A stretch of 41,331 nucleotides of DNA from a virus: positions 1 through 41,331 of IMG/VR virus record IMGVR_UViG_3300045988_081349; one strand, written 5' to 3'. A model generated the notes under the pieces. That model had not been told where the DNA came from. It saw only the letters and a program-made list of their open reading frames with translations, and made no database searches. Positions 1 to 5,505 of the stretch are shown here, in pieces; positions within the stretch are counted from its first letter, which is position 1; each line of letters starts with the position of its first letter. The translations under genes and the position numbers were made by a program.

Positions 1-45
1 TGACTTTTAATCAAGTTGTCCGGGGTTCGAATCCCCGATGCTTCA
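1..45 (+). tRNA. 3' portion (anticodon arm to discriminator) of tRNA-Lys(UUU); the 5' part lies upstream of the window
   Basis: The anticodon loop CTTTTAA (4-10) carries anticodon TTT at 6-8. It is followed by stem strand TCAAG, variable loop TTGTC, T-arm CGGGG-TTCGAAT-CCCCG (21-37), acceptor 3' strand ATGCTTC (38-44) and discriminator A45. The core GACTTTTAATCAA..GGTTCGAATCC matches canonical bacterial tRNA-Lys(UUU). CCA is not encoded. Confidence 0.8.
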
Positions 46-47
46 CT
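1..47. repeat. attL core: 47-bp perfect direct repeat shared with 41285-41331
   Basis: The sequence tgacttttaatcaagttgtccggggttcgaatccccgatgcttcact is identical at both window ends. A tyrosine integrase gene lies next to the left copy. Confidence 0.9.
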
Positions 48-58
48 ACTTTAAAGGT

Positions 59-97
59 GGCTTAAACCCAGTATTTATAAGGGTTTGAGCCATTTTT
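59..97 (+). terminator. Rho-independent terminator directly after the tRNA 3' end (phage-supplied)
   Basis: GGCTTAAACCC (59-69) pairs with GGGTTTGAGCC (81-91), giving an 11-bp stem with one G-T pair. ATTTTT (92-97) follows. Confidence 0.75.
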
Positions 98-143
98 GGT
101 TGTCTATAATTGCCTTTCTATGACTGTCCATAAATGGCATTTA

Positions 144-193
144 AATGTATCATTTTGGTGTCATGGAAGAGGTAATGTATCATTTTCGTATCA
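144..193 (+). promoter_or_regulatory. Two direct copies of a 20-bp motif, probable integrase arm-type binding sites (P' arm)
   Basis: AATGTATCATTTTGGTGTCA (144-163) and AATGTATCATTTTCGTATCA (174-193) lie 30 bp apart. A third copy, AATGTATCAATTTCGTATCA, sits at 41213-41232 next to attR. Confidence 0.6.
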
Positions 194-1294
194 CATCTCA
201 AAGGCTTTGTCTGCCGCTCCGGCAGCGTCTTCCTTATCCAGTACAATATGGTTATACACCTCCATGACCATCCTCTCGGTATCTCCCAACATCTCAGCAA
301 TCTTTTTGATGGAGATCATTGGTATCTGGTAGCAGAGGTTGGTGCAGTAATTATGCCTAAATACATGAGCGGTGAGACCTGTTATAGGCTCCTCAGAGAC
401 CGCCTGCATGGCTCTAATGATACGTGCCCACATCTTATCATAACTGCTCTTTGTGATAGGCTGACCGTTGCGCATGACAAAGAGCTGGCTGCGCTTTAGG
501 CTTTTAACATAAGCCTCAATGACCGGAAAGACTACTGCCGGTATAGGTACGGTTCTGTATCCATTATTTGTCTTTGGGCCTTTAGGCACGGGCTTGTCAT
601 TTACAAATCCTATGGCCTTGTTGACGGTCAATGTGCGCCGTTTGAGGTCTACATCAAATTTGGTGAGCGGCAGCGCTTCTCCACGACGCAGGCCGCAGCC
701 GAACAGAATATACACAAATACACGGTCCTGTGTGGATAACTCAGCTGAAAATAGAGCTTTCTGTTCATAATCCATGAGCGGTCGCTTCTCTGGCGGCCGA
801 TATTTGATTATGTCCATGTTAGCGAAAATATCCTCCATGACGTTGGCCGCAAAGAGCCGATCAGAGGCAGCGGAGCGCAATACCTGCTTAAAGGTGATCT
901 GGATTTGTTGCTGAGTGCGCTTTTTATCACTAGTGCTGGTCATTAGCATCTGATAATGTACTCGGCCTATGTCCTGCAGCTTGACGCCTTTTAAAATCAC
1001 AAAATGCTTGTCTATGATGTTTTTATACATTGCCTGAGTATTGGTCTCTTTCCCGGCCTTGTAGACATCCATCCACGCCTTTGCATAATCGTAAAAGGTT
1101 ATGTCTGATATACGCAGGTGTTTACGCATCTCCACGTCCTGAGCAAGCTGGTTGACCTTGTTTTCGAGGTCTTTACTACTCTTCTTCGACCGCAGCATGA
1201 TGTAATGTTTTGTGCCGTCATCGTTGTAACTGCCGTCCCAGACGCGTGTCTGAAAGTATCCGTTTTTCTGCTTGGTATATTTTGCTTTTGCCAT
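191..1294 (-). CDS. int: Tyrosine recombinase / phage integrase
   Basis: This is a 367-aa ORF with an AGGAGG RBS. Catalytic-type motifs are GLRRGEALPL (Arg), HVFRHNY (His-x-x-Arg) and MVMEVYNHI (Tyr). The N-terminus looks like an arm-binding domain. The gene is adjacent to the tRNA att site. Confidence 0.95.
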   Translation of the reverse strand: MAKAKYTKQKNGYFQTRVWDGSYNDDGTKHYIMLRSKKSSKDLENKVNQLAQDVEMRKHLRISDITFYDYAKAWMDVYKAGKETNTQAMYKNIIDKHFVILKGVKLQDIGRVHYQMLMTSTSDKKRTQQQIQITFKQVLRSAASDRLFAANVMEDIFANMDIIKYRPPEKRPLMDYEQKALFSAELSTQDRVFVYILFGCGLRRGEALPLTKFDVDLKRRTLTVNKAIGFVNDKPVPKGPKTNNGYRTVPIPAVVFPVIEAYVKSLKRSQLFVMRNGQPITKSSYDKMWARIIRAMQAVSEEPITGLTAHVFRHNYCTNLCYQIPMISIKKIAEMLGDTERMVMEVYNHIVLDKEDAAGAADKAFEM

Positions 1295-1326
1295 GATATC
1301 ATCCTCCTTACGGTAAAATTAGGTGC

Positions 1327-1357
1327 AAAAAAGACAGCCCGTCTCTTGCAGGCTGTC
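1327..1357 (-). terminator. Rho-independent terminator on the minus strand just upstream of the int RBS
   Basis: GACAGCC (1333-1339) pairs with GGCTGTC (1351-1357). On the minus strand the hairpin is followed by TTTTTT (A-run 1327-1332 on the plus strand). Confidence 0.65.
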
Positions 1358-1411
1358 ACCGAAGATGATACAATATATTTGTTCATATGCACGTCTCTTC
1401 GGGGATGTTGG

Positions 1412-1444
1412 CCGGTTCCTGGTTGCAGCCAGGGGCCGGTTTTT
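1412..1444 (+). terminator. Rho-independent terminator on the plus strand (would stop transcripts antisense to int)
   Basis: CCGGTTCCTGG and CCAGGGGCCGG form a stem with two G-T pairs. It is followed by TTTTT (1440-1444). Confidence 0.6.
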
Positions 1445-1449
1445 ACTAT

Positions 1450-1477
1450 TTGACATTTTCGTATATTTTGCTATAAT
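1450..1477 (+). promoter_or_regulatory. Strong sigma-A-type promoter with extended -10
   Basis: TTGACA (1450-1455), a 16-nt spacer, then TGcTATAAT (1469-1477). Confidence 0.7.
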
Positions 1478-1483
1478 ATACTT

Positions 1484-1582
1484 AACAAGACAGCCGGAAG
1501 GTGAATGCACCTCACCCGCTCCGGCAAAAGATTAGTCTAAAAAATAGTCGTCAGCTTTTGCAGGGCAGGACGGCTATTTTTT
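1484..1582 (+). ncRNA. Candidate ~100-nt small RNA (possible type I antitoxin)
   Basis: The unit runs from the promoter at 1450-1477 to the bidirectional terminator at 1539-1582. It has an internal nested hairpin, GCCGGA-AGGTG-aatg-CACCT-cacccgc-TCCGGC (1493-1525). There is no RBS-led ORF. Its 3' end is antisense to the 3' end of the toxin-like ORF at 1574-1657. Confidence 0.4.
1539..1582. terminator. Bidirectional terminator hairpin shared by convergent units
   Basis: ATAGTCGTC (1544-1552) pairs with GACGGCTAT (1569-1577). An A-run lies on the left (1539-1544) and a T-run on the right (1577-1582). Confidence 0.7.
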
Positions 1583-1657
1583 ATGTGTATATTTAAGGAT
1601 GGATACAATTAAGCTGGCTGTTGTCAGTATAATCATAAGTTCCTCATATGTACTCAT
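1574..1657 (-). CDS. 27-aa hydrophobic peptide resembling the 'putative holin-like toxin' (Hol-Tox) small-peptide family; type I toxin candidate
   Basis: This ORF is too short for the ORF track. It translates to MSTYEELMIILTTASLIVSILKYTHKK, with RBS AAAGGGGTGG 6 nt upstream. It has the MS.YE.L start, one TM helix and a basic tail. Its stop codon lies inside the terminator stem. Confidence 0.6.
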   Translation of the reverse strand: MSTYEELMIILTTASLIVSILKYTHKK

Positions 1658-1763
1658 AAGCACCACCCCTTTCGCAAGACTCGAAACGAGTGGAAGCACG
1701 TCCCCCGGTTGCCTGGGTGAATATATTATTTTGTGAGGCCCCTGATTACAGTGGCCTGTTTTA

Positions 1764-2816
1764 TTATTTGGGATTTGTATTTATTCCAGGAAAAAATATA
1801 CTTGCGCCAATACTACAACCACAAGTTGGGCATTTATGGTTATAAAGCATTGGTGGTAATTTAGGATATTTTTTATTCCATCCATAAAATGAATAAATCT
1901 TTCTATTGTATTTTTGACAAACTGGACATTGGCTACTTGTCACTATTAGTAATGTGTCTATTTTCCATTCCTTTATTTTGGGTAAAAGACGTTTAATGGA
2001 AATATTGTCAACATTCGACTTAAATATATGCCTAAACGTATTTTCATAACCTTCATAGGTAGGATTTTCCGTGTCAGATTCAGTTTCATTAACAATCGTT
2101 GTATTTTTAACTAATTGAACTAATTTATCTCTATCCCATAAAAGCACTCCATTTTTCTCTGCAAGTTCCCTGGCAGATTTGGTAAAATACCTATTAGTTA
2201 ATACGACGGCAACATGACACCCATAAAATGTCTTACCCGAAAAAGCTTCTTGTACAGCTTTATTTCCGATATCAGATGAGTAGCATTTGCACTGTATGCC
2301 GTATTTTATTCCCTCTTTATAAGCGATAATATCAATTCCTTGGTCTCCACTTCCTTTGGTTACTTCTACGTCTTCATATTCGTTCTTTTTTAAAATATCT
2401 GCACAAAAATATTCAAATTCATGGCCTTCCATAGCATCAAATGATTTTTGGCGACACTCTTTTGCAGAGTTTATTTCTGAATAGAAAGTTTTATTTTCGT
2501 TCGTCTTTGAATGTTTTGACTTTTGGGCTTTTCTGGGTTTCCACCAGAAATAGTATACTGCATTGGTAATAGCACCATAAATAAGGATTCCGAATATCAT
2601 TACAATAAGCCATTGATCGAAAGTGTGATTTTCAGAAAACAACATATAAAAGCTGTCTAAAATCCATAAAGCTATAACGATTTTAGTTGGCAAAGGCAAG
2701 AATTTACTTATTAAAACATTTTTGTTATGAGTATGGTGTATAATTTCCTCTCCGCATAATGGACACACTGGTTTATCAGTTTCCATACCACATTTAGGAC
2801 ATCTTAAGTGTTCCAT
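1764..2816 (-). CDS. Membrane-anchored Mrr-type (PD-(D/E)xK) restriction-endonuclease-domain protein with N- and C-terminal zinc ribbons
   Basis: The 350-aa product starts with CPKCG..(9)..CPLCG. Two hydrophobic helices follow (TKIVIALWILDSFYMLF and WLIVMIFGILIYGAITNAVYYFWW). The Mrr_cat-like core reads GSGDQGIDIIAY..GIQCKCY..VQEAF..VVLTNRYFTKSARELA. The C-terminus has CPVC..(24)..CPTCGC. Confidence 0.75.
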   Translation of the reverse strand: MEHLRCPKCGMETDKPVCPLCGEEIIHHTHNKNVLISKFLPLPTKIVIALWILDSFYMLFSENHTFDQWLIVMIFGILIYGAITNAVYYFWWKPRKAQKSKHSKTNENKTFYSEINSAKECRQKSFDAMEGHEFEYFCADILKKNEYEDVEVTKGSGDQGIDIIAYKEGIKYGIQCKCYSSDIGNKAVQEAFSGKTFYGCHVAVVLTNRYFTKSARELAEKNGVLLWDRDKLVQLVKNTTIVNETESDTENPTYEGYENTFRHIFKSNVDNISIKRLLPKIKEWKIDTLLIVTSSQCPVCQKYNRKIYSFYGWNKKYPKLPPMLYNHKCPTCGCSIGASIFFPGINTNPK

Positions 2817-2865
2817 ATATTTTTCCCCCTTTTTATAATACTTCTAAAAGTTGTAGTTATTAAAC

Positions 2866-3306
2866 CTATTTCAGACGCAACTCAATAAGTTCCTCTGGAT
2901 ATCCAGTACACTGACAAAATTGCTCACGGGTATATCCAGCATATTCTTGTAGCATATCATCGGCTATCAAGAGATAAGCCGCAAACTCATTGGCCTGGCG
3001 CTCTACGCGTGATGTAAGCAGTAGCGTGTGATGAGCCATAAAGCAACAGTTTTCTTTACAATGTAATAAAGCGTGTCCCAGCTCATGAGCCATTACGACC
3101 CTTAGCAGCACCTCATTGTCTAAGATATCTTCATTAATAAAAATCCATCGGATACGTTTCAGATATCGGTAATTCCCCAAAACATTCCCCATTGGAAGGA
3201 CTGCAATATGTATGCCCAGCATTTTTGCCATTTTCCAAGGGTCATTTGTTCCGCACAAGCGGATATAATAAGCGACAACTTTTTTAATATCATTGTTATA
3301 TGCCAA
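2866..3306 (-). CDS. ImmA/IrrE-family zinc metalloprotease (anti-repressor protease)
   Basis: The 146-aa product has the HEXXH motif in MAHELGHALLH. The gene lies immediately downstream of the XRE repressor in the same operon, the classic ImmR-ImmA arrangement. Confidence 0.85.
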   Translation of the reverse strand: MAYNNDIKKVVAYYIRLCGTNDPWKMAKMLGIHIAVLPMGNVLGNYRYLKRIRWIFINEDILDNEVLLRVVMAHELGHALLHCKENCCFMAHHTLLLTSRVERQANEFAAYLLIADDMLQEYAGYTREQFCQCTGYPEELIELRLK

Positions 3307-3316
3307 TTAAAATCAC

Positions 3317-3745
3317 CTACTTTTTGTTCTTGTACGGGTTGTATTTAACTTTATTCTCCTTCTTTGATTCTCTCAAAGCATACTCTATGGCATTTTCCAA
3401 AAGGATTAAAGACTTTTCGTCCATTTCAACACCATTGTAAAACAGTGGGCCGTCTTCTCCATTTCGTATTTCCTTCATTATTCGGTCTAAATCCCTCCCT
3501 ATTTCGCGTTCGTCTTTTGCGGTTAATTCAGCTTTAGTTGTCGAGATTTCCCTCTCTTCACCTGTCATTAAATAGTCAACAGTAACACCAAAATAATCGG
3601 CAATTGGTTTTATTTTTGATAAATTGGGGGCAGTTTTGTTTATTTTGCTGATGTATCCTTTACCAAAACCAAGTTGTTCTTCTAATGACTTGCTGGTAAT
3701 TCCGTTCTTTTTACATAGAAATTGAATTCTTTCTTTTACGTTCAT
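3317..3745 (-). CDS. XRE/CI-like phage repressor (ImmR-like)
   Basis: The N-terminal HTH reads KERIQFLCKKNGITSKSLEEQLGFGKGYISKI. The gene is divergent from a Cro-like gene. The ATG at 3745 is preferred over the TTG at 3760. Confidence 0.85.
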   Translation of the reverse strand: MNVKERIQFLCKKNGITSKSLEEQLGFGKGYISKINKTAPNLSKIKPIADYFGVTVDYLMTGEEREISTTKAELTAKDEREIGRDLDRIMKEIRNGEDGPLFYNGVEMDEKSLILLENAIEYALRESKKENKVKYNPYKNKK

Positions 3746-3767
3746 ATGGCCGCCTTTCAAAAAAAAG

Positions 3768-3845
3768 TTGCGAAAAAGCGCAAATTAAGCTTGACATTTG
3801 CCATAAAACGCGTATAATGAAATTAGAAGTTGCGATAAATGGCAA
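3768..3845. promoter_or_regulatory. Three operator-like 16-bp sites in the immunity intergenic region
   Basis: The sites are TTGCGAAAAAGCGCAA (3768-3783, a perfect 5-bp inverted repeat), TTGCCATAAAACGCGT (3798-3813, inside the promoter spacer) and TTGCGATAAATGGCAA (3830-3845). They are spaced about 30 bp apart. Confidence 0.55.
3791..3818 (+). promoter_or_regulatory. Rightward early promoter (PR-like)
   Basis: TTGACA (3791-3796), a 16-nt spacer, then TATAAT (3813-3818). Confidence 0.65.
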
Positions 3846-3973
3846 ATATAAAGAAAATGCGTTTGTATCTATTGTTGTGGTGACTTTATTTTACTATAAA
3901 TCGCAAAAAAAATCAATATAAATTTGTTATTTATCGCAAATTCATAAAATGCGCACAGAAAGGAGAGATGATA

Positions 3974-4165
3974 ATGGTTTATGATAACCTGAAAGAAATT
4001 TGCAAAGAAAAGCACATTACATTCCAAGAAATTGAAGTATTAGCAGGACTTGGAGCGGGGTGTATTAGCAGATGGAAAGATGGAAAAGTAAGCCCGAACA
4101 TGGATACATTAAAAAAAGTTTCGGGCGCAATAGGTGTTAAGGTTACAGACCTTATAAAGGAGTAA
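3974..4165 (+). CDS. Cro-like small XRE HTH protein
   Basis: The 63-aa product has the HTH HITFQEIEVLAGLGAGCISRWKDGK. AGGAG lies 8 nt upstream of the ATG at 3974; the ORF-track start at 3968 is too close to the RBS. Confidence 0.8.
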   Translation: MVYDNLKEICKEKHITFQEIEVLAGLGAGCISRWKDGKVSPNMDTLKKVSGAIGVKVTDLIKE

Positions 4166-4206
4166 CAGGTCGAAAAGTAAAGAATCTAAAAAAGGTGGAA
4201 AAATAA

Positions 4207-4500
4207 ATGAAAATCACAATCAATTTGGACGAGTGCCCATGTTCCGGCGTATCTCCCAATTATGTGTATCGTTCTTTGTATATGGAGTATTGGAGTAAAT
4301 TACAAAAAATATATCAAAATCATTTGTGGGGAATGGCAACAGTCTGTGATTCAACTGCCCGAGAACTATATGCGCAGAAGACTGGGCGAAGTAAGAATGT
4401 GAAAAATTTGATACTTACATATGCAGATGCTGAAGCTTGTTTTGAATTATTCAAACAGTTTGCGGACGTGTGGAGCAAGAATTGTTTGACAAATTGTTAA
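4207..4500 (+). CDS. Hypothetical early protein
   Basis: A 97-aa ORF with RBS AAGGTGG. No motif was recognised. Its 3' end abuts an out-of-frame HTH-tail remnant (see findings). Confidence 0.5.
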   Translation: MKITINLDECPCSGVSPNYVYRSLYMEYWSKLQKIYQNHLWGMATVCDSTARELYAQKTGRSKNVKNLILTYADAEACFELFKQFADVWSKNCLTNC

Positions 4501-4561
4501 TTCTGGCCGATTACTTCGGCGTGCCGATTGAGTATTTCTTGGAAGAATAGAAGGAGGTGGT

Positions 4562-4768
4562 GTGAAGGTGACCAGATTTGATTTATTAAAGCAGTGTGAT
4601 ATTGAGCTTGCTTCTAAACTCATATATGCGCTGGGAAGAAAATTTGAGAAATCCGATGAGCTCAAGTTACATTTACTTGAATTCGTGACAGAACAAGAGC
4701 TGCAGCGAATAAACGATGCAGCCCATATGGAAGGATATCAGCCATTATCCTTTTCTTTTAAGCAATAA
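4562..4768 (+). CDS. Cassette copy A, rightward ORF (hypothetical; paralog of 16842-17042)
   Basis: A 68-aa ORF with RBS AAGGAGG. An alternative GTG start at 4568 would give MTRFDLLK, matching MTRFEALK of the paralog. The ORF overlaps the convergent ORF by 31 nt. Confidence 0.65.
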   Translation: MKVTRFDLLKQCDIELASKLIYALGRKFEKSDELKLHLLEFVTEQELQRINDAAHMEGYQPLSFSFKQ

Positions 4769-4971
4769 TAACATCCGTTGCCTTTTTTGGATGGACATAA
4801 CATTGCCGCAGCAATAAGACAGTTCATATAGGAATCATCCACCCATATATGTTCGTGTTTAATATCGTCGATATGACAAAAATCGGTTTCATTATCTAAA
4901 TCATGGATTTCGCCGGTGTTTGTGTTGAGAAGATATCGTTTTCCATTATAAGGCGATTTGTAACGACGCAT
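4738..4971 (-). CDS. Cassette copy A, leftward ORF (hypothetical H/C/CxxC zinc-motif protein; paralog of 17012-17242)
   Basis: The internal start MRRYKSPYNGKRY has RBS GGAAAGGAG, giving 77 aa. About half the residues are identical by eye to the 17012-17242 product. Conserved elements are GEIHDLDNE, C.ID.IK and NGCYYC. The longer ORF-track version (to 5238) runs through the promoter and is rejected. Confidence 0.7.
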   Translation of the reverse strand: MRRYKSPYNGKRYLLNTNTGEIHDLDNETDFCHIDDIKHEHIWVDDSYMNCLIAAAMLCPSKKGNGCYYCLKEKDNG

Positions 4972-5019
4972 AACATATTCTCCTTTCCTTGTATTTGGCG
5001 CTGCAACGCCTGTAAGTAC

Positions 5020-5048
5020 ATTATAGACAGGAGGGAAAAATAAAACAA
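5020..5048 (-). promoter_or_regulatory. Promoter of the leftward cassette ORF (copy A)
   Basis: On the minus strand: TTGTTT (5043-5048), a 17-nt spacer, then TATAAT (5020-5025). The same architecture occurs at 17290-17318. Confidence 0.6.
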
Positions 5049-5062
5049 GAGGAGGTGTAACA

Positions 5063-5290
5063 ATGGAATTTCCAAAGAAAATCATGTACCAGAAGGAATT
5101 AGTCCAGATGGGATTCCCGGAGAAAATGCTGCGCAGAATCAGCCATGAAAAAGGCCAAAAGGTAGCATATAAGGTCAATCCCAATAACCGTACAAGCCCA
5201 ACCTTGTTTGACACGGACGAGCTCCAGAAATATCTCATCCGTCAGAACCGGGCAGCCGATCTGGCAAGGCAAAGGGGGTGCGTGATGTAA
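5063..5290 (+). CDS. Small DNA-binding protein, possible excisionase/HTH_17-like
   Basis: A 75-aa ORF with RBS GAGGAGG. The pattern YQKELVQMGFPEKMLRRI...LFDTDELQKYL resembles excisionase-family HTH proteins. The call is weak. Confidence 0.4.
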   Translation: MEFPKKIMYQKELVQMGFPEKMLRRISHEKGQKVAYKVNPNNRTSPTLFDTDELQKYLIRQNRAADLARQRGCVM

Positions 5291-5505
5291 TGCACTACGC
5301 CACAATAAAAGACGCAGCCATATGCACTGCCATTGCTGCATCAACCGGATTCTGGCAACCCCGGGACGCACCGCAGGCAGTTATGTGTTACATATTTATA
5401 TTTGTGCTGCTGATGGTTGGATTTGAAGTAGCACGAGACCAAGGAAATAAGAGGAGGAAAAATCATGTACAAGGAAGAATTACAGGAAATATTAAAAAAG
5501 CATAA
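5290..5505 (+). CDS. Hypothetical small membrane protein
   Basis: The ATG overlaps the previous stop codon (TAATG). One hydrophobic helix is present ([15 protein letters not shown]). The ORF overlaps the next gene by 41 nt, so coding status is uncertain. Confidence 0.35.
   Translation: MHYATIKDAAICTAIAASTGFWQPRDAPQAVMCYIFIFVLLMVGFEVARDQGNKRRKNHVQGRITGNIKKA

Noticed and set aside
1323-1535. 70-aa plus-strand ORF between int and the toxin locus
   Set aside because: It spans two terminator hairpins and a consensus promoter. It has no RBS, and the region is better explained as regulatory or sRNA sequence.
4972-5238. N-terminal extension of the leftward cassette ORF (the 166-aa version in the ORF track)
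   Set aside because: The extension runs through the cassette's own promoter and the RBS and start of the opposing gene at 5063. It is absent from the paralog at 17012-17242. The internal MRRY start has a strong RBS in both copies.
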